From an uncultured Acidobacteriota bacterium (GTDB lineage Bacteria > Acidobacteriota > UBA6911 > RPQK01 > JAPXNP01), in contig CAZGEH010000001.1 of assembly GCA_964524795.1 (NCBI GenBank), positions 495,298 through 559,297 on the forward strand: a stretch of DNA of 64,000 bases, read 5' to 3'. Below, piece by piece: positions 28,544-39,251 of this stretch. The number at the start of each line of letters is the position of its first letter. Positions within the stretch are counted from its first letter, which is position 1. The notes below the pieces were generated by a model. That model had not been told where the DNA came from, did not search any database, and was given only the letters and a program-made list of their open reading frames with translations. The position numbers and the translations under genes are program-made.

Positions 28544-29908
28544 CTAGAATCCCACTGCTTCCAGGAACTCCAGCGCCGAGGCCACCGGTTCCAGCTTCAC
28601 TCCCGGCAGGCTCTCGGGCAGCGGAAGGTTGCTGCGGGGAAGAGCCACCATTCCGAAGCCCAGGCTCGCCGCTTCCTTGACTCGGGTCTGGGGATGGCTG
28701 ACGGCCCGTACTTCGCCGGCCAAGCCTACCTCCCCGAAGACAACCACGTCCCCCGGCAATGGACGATCCCGGAAGCTCGACACCACCGCCGCCACCAGAG
28801 CCAGGTCGACCGCCGGCTCCGCTACCGTGATCCCGCCTGCCACATTGACGTACACATCACTTCCCAACAGATGCAGCCCCAGTCGCTTCTCGAGCATCGC
28901 CAGCAGCAGCGCCACCCGGTTGGGATCCACACCCGTCGCCATCCGTCGAGCCGTGCTGTAGCTGGATTGCGAGACCAGCGCCTGCAGCTCCACAAGCACG
29001 GGGCGGGAGCCCTGCATGGCACACAGGACCACCGAACCCGGCACTTTCTCCGCCCGTTCTGACAGGAACAGCCGCGAAGGATTCTCCACACACTGCAGGC
29101 CGCCGGCCGTCATTTCGAAGATCCCCAGCTCATTGGCGGGACCGAAGCGGTTCTTCGCTGTGCGCACCAGCTTATGGTTCTGGTGGCGGTCCCCTTCGAA
29201 GTAAAGGACCACATCCACGATGTGTTCAAGGGCCTTGGGACCGGCCAGAGCTCCGTCCTTGGTAATGTGTCCGATCAGAAACACGGGCAGGTGACGCTTT
29301 TTCGCCAGATGCAGGAAGGCCATGGCACACTCCCGGATCTGGCCGATGCTGCCGGGAGCCGACTCGAAACCTTCCGAGTACACGGTCTGGATTGAGTCGA
29401 CCACGAGGGCTCCCGGCTCCAGTCGCTCCACTTCCTCCAGTACCCGCTCGACACAGGTTTCACCCGTGATATACAGCCCGTCTCCCCGGACCCCAAGCCG
29501 GTCGCCCCGCATCTTGATCTGCCGGGCCGACTCTTCACCCGCCACGTACAGAACTTTGAGGTTTCGCCGGGCCAACGTCTCCGCCATCTGGAGCAGCAGG
29601 GTGGATTTCCCGATGCCAGGTTCACCTCCCAGCAGTATCACCGAGCCCGGTACGATACCGCCTCCCAGAACGCGGTCGAACTCGGGGTTGGCGGTCACGA
29701 TCCGCTCGAAAACCTGGCGCTCCACCTCGCTGTACGGCAGAGCCGCCCCCCCGGGTGGCGAAGTGGCGGGCGACGGGCGGGCGGATTCCTCCACCAGAGT
29801 CTCCCATTCGCCGCAGGCAGGACAGCGCCCCATCCAGCGCTGGCTGCCGGCGCCGCAGGACTGGCAGACGTACAGGGGCTTCAACCCGGTCTTGGCCATG
29901 GGTTTCAC
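28544..29908 (-). CDS. radA: DNA repair protein RadA (Sms)
   Basis: N-terminal zinc ribbon CQSCGAGSQRWMGRCPACGEW, Walker A GEPGIGKST, KNRFG motif and a C-terminal Lon-like domain. Shares ATGA overlaps with the neighbouring genes. Confidence 0.95.
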   Translation of the reverse strand: MKPMAKTGLKPLYVCQSCGAGSQRWMGRCPACGEWETLVEESARPSPATSPPGGAALPYSEVERQVFERIVTANPEFDRVLGGGIVPGSVILLGGEPGIGKSTLLLQMAETLARRNLKVLYVAGEESARQIKMRGDRLGVRGDGLYITGETCVERVLEEVERLEPGALVVDSIQTVYSEGFESAPGSIGQIRECAMAFLHLAKKRHLPVFLIGHITKDGALAGPKALEHIVDVVLYFEGDRHQNHKLVRTAKNRFGPANELGIFEMTAGGLQCVENPSRLFLSERAEKVPGSVVLCAMQGSRPVLVELQALVSQSSYSTARRMATGVDPNRVALLLAMLEKRLGLHLLGSDVYVNVAGGITVAEPAVDLALVAAVVSSFRDRPLPGDVVVFGEVGLAGEVRAVSHPQTRVKEAASLGFGMVALPRSNLPLPESLPGVKLEPVASALEFLEAVGF

Positions 29909-30936
29909 TCAATATAGACCCGGCTGACACGGGGACCGATGGCAGTCAGGACTTCATAGGGAATCGTGTTCAACTGCCCTGCCAACCCCAGCGCCGAGAT
30001 GGGGGAATCCGACGCCTGCTTTAGAAGCGTGACTTCGTCGCCGGGATGGATGCAGGGGAGCTCAGTCACGTCAACCACAGTGAGATCCATGCTCACCCGA
30101 CCCACCACCGGGGCGTAACCGCAGCGTGTCAGCACCTGGCCCCGGCTGGACAGGGCGCGCGAATAGCCGTCGGCGTAGCCGACCCCGATGACGGCGAGGC
30201 GGCTGGCGCGGGCCGCCACCCATGTCGCTCCGTAGCCGACGGTTGCGCCGGCGGGAAGCCGGTTGACCGCCAGCACCCGCGCCTTCCAGGTCAGGATCGG
30301 CTGCAGGCCGGCCAGTTCGGGGCTATTCCCGATCCCGTACAACGCCAGTCCAGGGCGCACTGCATCCAGCAGTGCCGGCTGGTACTTCAGTCCCGCGCTG
30401 TTGGCCAAGTGTCGGCGCACCGCCATCCCGGTGGTGGCGGCCTCAAAACGCCGGATCTGGGCCCGTGTGAACTCCGGGTCCTGGTCGGAGCAGGCGAGGG
30501 TTGAAAAAACCCCTTTCAGGCGGGGCCCCAGCCGCTGCGCGAGCTGTGGAAGGGCCGCTTCCGGTACCCCCAGACGTCCCATCCCGGTTTCCAGCTCGAT
30601 TTCCACGTCCACTCCCGGCGGAATTTCGTCGCGGAACAGGGCGGCGGTCAGACGTAGGGCACGGAACTCCGATTCATCGCCGGGTTCGCATCCTCCCAGG
30701 ACCAGGATTTGGGCATCGGGGAGGAGTTGGCGGATCTCACCGGCTTCTTCCAGCTCGGCCACCGCAAAACACCGTACCCCGTACTGCCACAGGGCCTGCG
30801 CCATCCGGGCAAGTCCGTGGCCGTATGCATTGGCTTTGACGACGGCGATGATCGGGCGGCCCCCCGCCAGGCGGGAGACAACTCCCACGTTGTGGCGTAG
30901 TCGCGAGAGCGAAATCTCAACCCAGGAGCGTCTCAT
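29905..30936 (-). CDS. alr: alanine racemase
   Basis: PLP-lysine motif VVKANAYGHG and the C-terminal VSMD motif. Start set to the internal ATG (MRRSWVEISL; 30934-30936); the 540-aa track ORF is an artefactual extension through dnaB. Confidence 0.9.
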   Translation of the reverse strand: MRRSWVEISLSRLRHNVGVVSRLAGGRPIIAVVKANAYGHGLARMAQALWQYGVRCFAVAELEEAGEIRQLLPDAQILVLGGCEPGDESEFRALRLTAALFRDEIPPGVDVEIELETGMGRLGVPEAALPQLAQRLGPRLKGVFSTLACSDQDPEFTRAQIRRFEAATTGMAVRRHLANSAGLKYQPALLDAVRPGLALYGIGNSPELAGLQPILTWKARVLAVNRLPAGATVGYGATWVAARASRLAVIGVGYADGYSRALSSRGQVLTRCGYAPVVGRVSMDLTVVDVTELPCIHPGDEVTLLKQASDSPISALGLAGQLNTIPYEVLTAIGPRVSRVYIE

Positions 30937-32285
30937 TCCAGCTCCGGAGCCAGGTTCTCGAATTTCGTGTATTGATCGAGGAAGGCCAGTTTGATGGTGC
31001 CGGTGGGACCGTTGCGCTGCTTGCCGATGATGACTTCCGCGGTGCCGCTGTCCTCGACGTCGGGGTCCCTGCGGTAAAGGTCCTCGCGGTATACAAAGAG
31101 AACCACATCCGCATCCTGCTCGATGGATCCGGACTCGCGCAGGTCTGAAAGCTGGGGACGGTGGTCCCCCCGTCGCTGCTCGGGCGCACGGCTCAACTGC
31201 GACAGCGCCAGGACCGGGATATCCAGCTCCTTGGCCAGGGCCTTCAGCGAGCGGCTGATGGTGGAAATCTCCTGCTGGCGATTCTCGAACCGGTCGCGTC
31301 CTCCCGACATGAGCTGGAGGTAATCCAGCACCAGCAGGTCCAGTCCGCGTTCCGCCTTGAGCCGGCGGGCTTTGGACCGCATCTCCAGAATCGACAGGGC
31401 CGGCGTGTCGTCGATGAAGATTTTCGCCCGGCCCAGCCTCCCCAGCGCCCGCGCCAGATCCTTGTAGTCCTGCTTGGATGGATAACCGGATCGGATCTTG
31501 TGGCTGTCGACGTGGGCCTCGCCGCAAAGCAGTCGCATGGAGAGCTGATCCGCGGACATTTCCAGGCTGAAGATGCCGACGGTCTTTTCCGCATGGAGGG
31601 CGGCATGTTGGGCGATGTTCAGGGCCAGACTGGTTTTGCCCATGCCGGGCCGCCCCGCCAGGATGATCAGATCCGAGCGCTGGAGACCGGAGGTCATCTC
31701 GTCCAGCCGCCGAAACCCGGTGGGGATACCGGTGACCATTTCCCGGCCCCCCTCCAGCGACTGGATGTGGTCCCAGTTCGCTTGCAGGACTTCCGACAAC
31801 GGCACAAAGCCCCTTCGGACCCGCTCCTGACTGATCCGGAAAATGGATTGTTCGGCCTCCTCCAGCAACACCACCGGATCTTCCTCGCCGGAAAAGCTGC
31901 GCAGGAGGATTTCGTTCGACGAACGAATGAGCTTGCGCAGGATCGCCTTTTCCTTGACGATCCGCGCGTACTGCTCCAGGTTCGCCAGCCGGGGGACGCC
32001 ATCCATTAATGAGGCCAGATAGACCGTGCCCCCGACGGAGTCGAGCAGGTTCTCCTTGACCAGCTCCTCACGCAGGGTCACCGCGTCGATGGCTCGGGCG
32101 GCAGCGGAAAGCTGGGCCATCATCCGGAAGATCTGCTGATGGGAAGGCAGATGAAAATCGCTCTCGTCGAGGATCTCCGCCGCCTGATCGAACAGGCGGT
32201 TGTCCAGCATGACCGCCCCCAGAACGGCGCGTTCAGCGTCCAGCGAATGGGGTAAGGACCTTTCGACGGTGATGGGCTCGACCAT
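30933..32285 (-). CDS. dnaB: replicative DNA helicase DnaB
   Basis: N-terminal DnaB domain (LPHSLDAERAVLGAVMLD), Walker A (GRPGMGKTS), Walker B and arginine finger (LLVLDYLQLM, QLSR). 450 aa, no intein. Confidence 0.95.
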   Translation of the reverse strand: MVEPITVERSLPHSLDAERAVLGAVMLDNRLFDQAAEILDESDFHLPSHQQIFRMMAQLSAAARAIDAVTLREELVKENLLDSVGGTVYLASLMDGVPRLANLEQYARIVKEKAILRKLIRSSNEILLRSFSGEEDPVVLLEEAEQSIFRISQERVRRGFVPLSEVLQANWDHIQSLEGGREMVTGIPTGFRRLDEMTSGLQRSDLIILAGRPGMGKTSLALNIAQHAALHAEKTVGIFSLEMSADQLSMRLLCGEAHVDSHKIRSGYPSKQDYKDLARALGRLGRAKIFIDDTPALSILEMRSKARRLKAERGLDLLVLDYLQLMSGGRDRFENRQQEISTISRSLKALAKELDIPVLALSQLSRAPEQRRGDHRPQLSDLRESGSIEQDADVVLFVYREDLYRRDPDVEDSGTAEVIIGKQRNGPTGTIKLAFLDQYTKFENLAPELE

Positions 32286-32612
32286 GGAAGAAAGTCATTC
32301 TACCGAAAGGCACCCACTCCCAGCCCCCCTCTCCCCCCCGGGGTGGAACAAGACTGATGGACCCATCGTAGAGCCGCACCGGAGGATTCCGGCCGGCCGG
32401 GAAGCGGGTCGCCAAAATCTGCAACGGGCGGTTTAACCGGACGGATTCCTGGGCCCTTTTCAGCGGCGAGCCCGACGCGGGAAAAGGGGAGCCGCCTTGG
32501 GCAGGCTGGCAGCGACGCCGACCGGCATTTCATGGCCGGCGCCGCCATGACTCCCGCCAGTCGCGAAACGGGAAACCCGGATATGAATACGCCGCCGTCC
32601 GCGTGGCGGAGA

Positions 32613-33155
32613 TCAGCCGGTCTTCTGCAGCTCGGCCAGCCTGGCGTTCACGTCCTCCACGATCTTGTCGCTCTCGACTCCCCGCTGCAGCATCCTGGTC
32701 ACGGGCTCGTCGCCCTCCGGCACGACCGACAGCAGGATCGAGGTTTCGACCTCATGATGGGGACGGATCTCCACGGTGAAGTTGCCGACACTCTTGATGG
32801 GCTGATCCAGAAGGATCTTCCGGCGGTCCAGGTGGATACCGTGTTTCTCCAGGACTTCCGAGACATCCTTGGCCGTCACCGAACCGAACAGGACGCCGGT
32901 CTCTCCGGCCTTCCGGCTGATGACGACATGCACCAGCCGCAGTTGATCGGCCAACAGCTGCGCCTCCTCCACAAACCTGGCTTCCTTCTTGGCGTGGGCG
33001 ATGCGCTGCTGTTCGACCATCTTGAGGTTCCCGGGCGTCGCCGGGACCGCCAGCTTCCGCGGGATCAAAAAGTTACGGCCGTAGCCGGGAGCGACCTTGA
33101 CGATCTGCCCGCGACGGCCCAAGTCGTAGACGTCGTCGATCAGTATGACTTCCAT
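32613..33155 (-). CDS. rplI: 50S ribosomal protein L9
   Basis: MEVILIDDVYDLGRRGQIVKVAPGYGRNFLIPRKLAVPAT matches the L9 N-domain. It has an unusual roughly 30-aa C-terminal extension. Confidence 0.9.
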   Translation of the reverse strand: MEVILIDDVYDLGRRGQIVKVAPGYGRNFLIPRKLAVPATPGNLKMVEQQRIAHAKKEARFVEEAQLLADQLRLVHVVISRKAGETGVLFGSVTAKDVSEVLEKHGIHLDRRKILLDQPIKSVGNFTVEIRPHHEVETSILLSVVPEGDEPVTRMLQRGVESDKIVEDVNARLAELQKTG

Positions 33156-33176
33156 GGAATTTGACACCCTCCTGGG

Positions 33177-33395
33177 CTACCGCTTGACGTAGGGGAGAAT
33201 CGCCAGGTGGCGCGCCCGCTTGATCGCCAGCGTCAGTTTTCGCTGGCAGGGTGCACAGGCCCCGGTGATCCGGCGGGGAACGATCTTCCCGTTATCCGTG
33301 ATGAACTGGCTGAGAAAACGTGCGTCCTTGTAATCGAAATGGTACTTGCCTGCACACATCTTGCAGAACTTCTTTTTCCTCACCATAAAGCTCAC
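33177..33395 (-). CDS. rpsR: 30S ribosomal protein S18
   Basis: KFCKMC...DYKD...[10 protein letters not shown]...[19 protein letters not shown] is the S18 signature. Confidence 0.95.
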   Translation of the reverse strand: MSFMVRKKKFCKMCAGKYHFDYKDARFLSQFITDNGKIVPRRITGACAPCQRKLTLAIKRARHLAILPYVKR

Positions 33396-33802
33396 TCCTG
33401 CTCGCTCATCTCGGCTGCGGCACCGGAGGAGAGTTCGGGAGGCCGGTCCTTGCCGCCCTTGCGCTGGCGCCGGGCTTCCCGGCGCTGCTCGAACTTCTCG
33501 GCCCGCTTCTGCTCGAGGTCGACCCGTACCGAGAGAAATCGGATGACGGCGTCGCTGACCTTGAACCGCCGTTCCAGCTCGGCGACCGCTTTGCCGGCAG
33601 GTTCATCGATGGTCAACACAGTGTAGTAACCCTCGTTATGCTTCTCCACCGGAAAAGCGAGCCGGCGCTTTCCCCACTTGTCGACTTCCACAATTTCGGC
33701 CCCCATCTCGCGTGCGACCTGCGAATAGCTTTCGACCTGCTGGTCGAACTCCTCCTCGGTCAACGTGGGAGCGAGAACGAATACTACTTCGTATCGTCTC
33801 AT
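33392..33802 (-). CDS. rpsF: 30S ribosomal protein S6
   Basis: [18 protein letters not shown]...WGKRRLAF is the S6 fold, with the usual acidic C-terminal tail. It overlaps rpsR with ATGA. Confidence 0.9.
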   Translation of the reverse strand: MRRYEVVFVLAPTLTEEEFDQQVESYSQVAREMGAEIVEVDKWGKRRLAFPVEKHNEGYYTVLTIDEPAGKAVAELERRFKVSDAVIRFLSVRVDLEQKRAEKFEQRREARRQRKGGKDRPPELSSGAAAEMSEQE

Positions 33803-33867
33803 GGTCTGTGTACTCCTCAGTTGAAAGCGCTCCATCTTAGCACAGCGTCCGGGATCAGCCGGATCCG

Positions 33868-35862
<1,995 letters not shown>

Positions 35863-35998
35863 CTTGAACGACTCCTCCCGGCCCCGAATATCCGCTTGCA
35901 ACCACTTTCGCCCGGGCCGGACTTCACTGTGAGCGGCGGGAGTACGAACCGGTGCCCGCGGGGAACCCCTGTTCCTGCGCTACCGGATCGGACCGCGG

Positions 35999-36556
35999 TC
36001 AGTTGAACAATGCCATTGTGTGTTCCATTCCCTGTGCCAGGTAGCTCTCGACGCCTTCTTCACAACGATCCAGCGTCTGCTCCAGGATTTCTCTCTCGTC
36101 TGCTTCGAAGTTGCCCAGGACATAGTCGGCCAGATCGGGAATCTCATGCAGGGTTCTCACCCCGATTCTCAACCGGGGGACCTCGGTCGTGCCCAGGCAG
36201 TCGATCACGGACTGCATCCCCCGATGGCCGCCGGAAGTCCCTCCCGGGCGAAACCGGATTTTGCCCAGCGGCAGAGCCGCCTCGTCGTAAACCACCAGGC
36301 AGGCATCCGGCACGATCCCGTAATAGCGGACCAGCTCAGCCACCGCCACTCCGCTCAGGTTCATGAACGTGAGCGGCTTGACAACAAGTACCTCCCGGCC
36401 GGCCGCGGAACCCCGCGCGGTCAGCGCTCTGGGAGAAAACTTTCCAAAGTTGAGATTCCACCGCCGGGCCAGGCGGTCAGCCAACATGAATCCGACGTTA
36501 TGGCGGCTCCGGGAATAACGGGAACCGGGATTTCCGAGCCCCGCGATCAGGTACAC
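35999..36556 (-). CDS. pth: peptidyl-tRNA hydrolase
   Basis: MYLIAGLGNPGSRYSRSRHNVGF and GGHRGM are the Pth signatures. Confidence 0.95.
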   Translation of the reverse strand: MYLIAGLGNPGSRYSRSRHNVGFMLADRLARRWNLNFGKFSPRALTARGSAAGREVLVVKPLTFMNLSGVAVAELVRYYGIVPDACLVVYDEAALPLGKIRFRPGGTSGGHRGMQSVIDCLGTTEVPRLRIGVRTLHEIPDLADYVLGNFEADEREILEQTLDRCEEGVESYLAQGMEHTMALFN

Positions 36557-36590
36557 GGTGGTTCAGCGCCTCCCGCGTCCGGCCGCGGAC

Positions 36591-37241
36591 TCACTCTCCC
36601 TCTTCTTCCGCCTCCGCCTTGCCGCGCCGGATCACTTCCGGCTCGGCCGGCACCTCCGTGGTCGCGGCAGGCGCCTCCTCCTCCACTCGAGGCGCGGCCA
36701 CTACCAGGACCACCAGGTGAGGATCGTTTAGAATCCTGATTTTCGAGGTATCGACCTGCAAATCGGAAACCCGCAACACGTCGCCGATCTCCAGGTTCGA
36801 GACTTCCACCTGGATGTGATCGGGAACCTCGCTGGGCAGACATTCAACCGTAAGCTCCCGCAACACCACGTCCAGAATTCCGCCGGCCTTCACCCCAGGG
36901 GCGGTTCCCACCACCTCGACCGGGACCTCGAACTCCATGACTTCATCCATGGCCACCCGCTGGAAGTCGACGTGCAGCAGGGTTCCCTTGACCGGATGGA
37001 GCTGATACTCCCGGATCAGGACATCTTCGGAGCGACCGTCCACCTCGAGCTTGAAGATCGTGTTCCTTCCGGTTTCGGAGGTCAGGATCTCCACCACCTT
37101 TTTCGGATCCACCACAATGCTCACATTCTGGGACCCGTGCCCGTAAAGCACCGCGGGAACCGAGCCGCGCGCCCGCAGGCGCCGGCTGGCATTCTTGCCG
37201 AATTCCGACCGTTCCTGTGCCTCCACCACCACTGGCGACAT
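36591..37241 (-). CDS. rplY: 50S ribosomal protein L25 / general stress protein Ctc
   Basis: L25 N-domain (FGKNASRRLRARGSVPAVLYG) plus the Ctc C-terminal domain and an acidic tail. Confidence 0.9.
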   Translation of the reverse strand: MSPVVVEAQERSEFGKNASRRLRARGSVPAVLYGHGSQNVSIVVDPKKVVEILTSETGRNTIFKLEVDGRSEDVLIREYQLHPVKGTLLHVDFQRVAMDEVMEFEVPVEVVGTAPGVKAGGILDVVLRELTVECLPSEVPDHIQVEVSNLEIGDVLRVSDLQVDTSKIRILNDPHLVVLVVAAPRVEEEAPAATTEVPAEPEVIRRGKAEAEEEGE

Positions 37242-37318
37242 AGTGCAAGCTCCTCGAAAAAGCGCTATTGTAGCAGGACTCCGCACCTCGTGCGACCGGC
37301 AGGGCGCCGGAATCCGGA

Positions 37319-38275
37319 TCAGCTCTCCGGACCCGAGAGCTGGACAAACAAACGGCTCACGGACGTTTCCTCGTGAATCGACTTGATGGCCTCCGCCAGA
37401 ATCGGGGCGACGCTCAGGACCTTGATCTTGGGAATCCTCCGTTCGGGACTCAGGGGGATGGTGTTGGTGATGAATACCGCCTCGAACTCCGACGCCTGCA
37501 GGCGCTGGATGGCCGGCCCCGAAAGTACACCATGGGTGGCTGCGGCAAATAGCCTCAGCGCCCCTTTCCGACGCATCTCCATGGTGGCATTGACAATCGT
37601 CCCACCGGTGTCGATCAGGTCGTCGACGATGACCACGTTGCGGCCGCCGACGTCACCCACGATATTCATAACCTCGGCTTCGTTGTCACCCACCCGCCGC
37701 TTGTCGATGATGGCCAGATTGGCTTTCAGGTACTTGGCATAGAAACGCGCTCGTTCCACACCGCCCGAATCGGGAGAGACGATGCAGAGGTTGTCGAGCT
37801 GCATTTCCTTCAGCGCCTTGATCAGGACCGGTGTCGCATAGAGGTGATCGACCGGAATGTTGAAGAAGCCCTGGATCTGGTCGGCATGCAGATCCATCGT
37901 CAGCAGGCGATGGGTGCCGGCGGCAGTCAGCAGATCGCCCACGAGCTTGGAGGAGATGGGCACCCGCGGCTTGTCCTTCCGGTCCTGCCTGGCGTAGCCG
38001 TAGTAGGGGAGCACGGCAGTGATCCGTCGCGCCGAAGCGCGCTTGAAAGCGTCGATCATCACCAGCAGCTCCACCAGCGTCTCCGCCACCGGCGGACTGG
38101 TGGGCTGCACGATGAAGACATCCTGGCCCCTGACGTTCTCCAGGATCTGGAAGGCCACCTCGCCGTCGCTGAATCGTTTCAGCTTGACCTTCCCCAGCGG
38201 GACTCCCAGGTGATCGCAGATCTCCTGAGCCAAAGGCAGGTTGGCACTGCCCGAAAAGATCTTCATGTTCGACAT
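37319..38275 (-). CDS. prs: ribose-phosphate pyrophosphokinase
   Basis: MKIFSGSANLPLAQEI, PRPP-binding VIVDDLIDTGGT. 318 aa. Confidence 0.95.
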   Translation of the reverse strand: MSNMKIFSGSANLPLAQEICDHLGVPLGKVKLKRFSDGEVAFQILENVRGQDVFIVQPTSPPVAETLVELLVMIDAFKRASARRITAVLPYYGYARQDRKDKPRVPISSKLVGDLLTAAGTHRLLTMDLHADQIQGFFNIPVDHLYATPVLIKALKEMQLDNLCIVSPDSGGVERARFYAKYLKANLAIIDKRRVGDNEAEVMNIVGDVGGRNVVIVDDLIDTGGTIVNATMEMRRKGALRLFAAATHGVLSGPAIQRLQASEFEAVFITNTIPLSPERRIPKIKVLSVAPILAEAIKSIHEETSVSRLFVQLSGPES

Positions 38276-38329
38276 GGTGTTCAGACTCCCGTCCGACGGA
38301 ACCCAGTGGAGCCTCCCGCCGGATCCCCC

Positions 38330-39223
38330 TCAAGCGTTCAGCCCCAGCCGCCGGCGGTACTCCGCGCGCGGCACCGACCAGTACAGGCCGACTTCACCCC
38401 AGCCGTGCTGACGGCACCACTCGCCCGCCCGTTCAAGGCTGGACACCTCTCCGGTGGCAAACAGAGCCGAACCGCTGCCCGAAAGCAGGGCAAGAGCGCA
38501 GCCGTGCTCCAGCAGCATCTGCTTCAGCCTCCCGAGCACGGGATAGGCTGAAAGAATCGGCCTCTCCAGGTCGTTGCGCAAGTCAAACCAACGCCCGCCG
38601 CGCAAGGCCTCCGGGAAGTGGCGCATTGTATGGTCCGGTCGCGCCAATGTCAAATCCGCGGGCGGCTGCGGCGCCAACCGGCGGTAGGCCTCGGCTGTCG
38701 CCACCGGGAATCCCGGCCAGACCACCAGCACGGGCAGGCGGACTCCTTCATCGGGCAGGACCTCGATGACTTCCCCGCGGCCCCGGCCCCAGGCCAGGCC
38801 CCCCTGGAGGAAGAAAGGCACGTCGGAACCGGCAGCCGCCGCGATCTCCTGCAGCTCCTTTTCCCCGACCCCTGGGGCCAGCCGGCTCAGCGCCAGCAGG
38901 GTGACCGCGGCATTGGAGGAGCCGCCACCCAGCCCGGCCCCCAGAGGAATCCGCTTCTCCAGCCGCATGCGGAGACCCAGCCGCTCGCCAAGCCGGTCCT
39001 GGTAGGCTTCAGCGCACCGCACCACCAGATTGTCCGGGCCTGCCGACAGTTCGCGGCCGGAGATTTCAAGCGTGATTCCCCCTTCGCAAAGCTCGAATTC
39101 AAGGCTGTCGCACAGATCGATCGTCTGGAAGACGGTGTCCAGCTCGTGGAAACCGTCCGGGCGCCGGCCGAGGATCCTCAGATCCCAGTTGATTTTCGCG
39201 AAGGAAGGAAGCACCAAGGCCAC
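38330..39223 (-). CDS. ispE: 4-(cytidine 5'-diphospho)-2-C-methyl-D-erythritol kinase
   Basis: AKINWDLRILGRRPDGFHELDTVFQ and the GHMP motif PLGAGLGGGSSNAA. Confidence 0.95.
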   Translation of the reverse strand: MALVLPSFAKINWDLRILGRRPDGFHELDTVFQTIDLCDSLEFELCEGGITLEISGRELSAGPDNLVVRCAEAYQDRLGERLGLRMRLEKRIPLGAGLGGGSSNAAVTLLALSRLAPGVGEKELQEIAAAAGSDVPFFLQGGLAWGRGRGEVIEVLPDEGVRLPVLVVWPGFPVATAEAYRRLAPQPPADLTLARPDHTMRHFPEALRGGRWFDLRNDLERPILSAYPVLGRLKQMLLEHGCALALLSGSGSALFATGEVSSLERAGEWCRQHGWGEVGLYWSVPRAEYRRRLGLNA

Positions 39224-39251
39224 GGCTGGGACCTTCCCGGCTCGCCGGCGT

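Noticed and set aside
29905-31527. 540-aa ORF containing alr
   Set aside because: The N-terminal 197 codons overlap dnaB in another frame and are Arg/Gly/Pro junk. Alanine racemase homology begins at the internal ATG 30936.
32286-32612. 328-bp gap upstream of dnaB examined for an ncRNA or small gene
   Set aside because: Only short low-complexity ORFs (32300-32548 and others) with no motifs. No recognisable RNase P, SRP, 6S or tRNA structure by eye. A weak GCCGG palindrome sits at about 32533-32550 with no T-tract.
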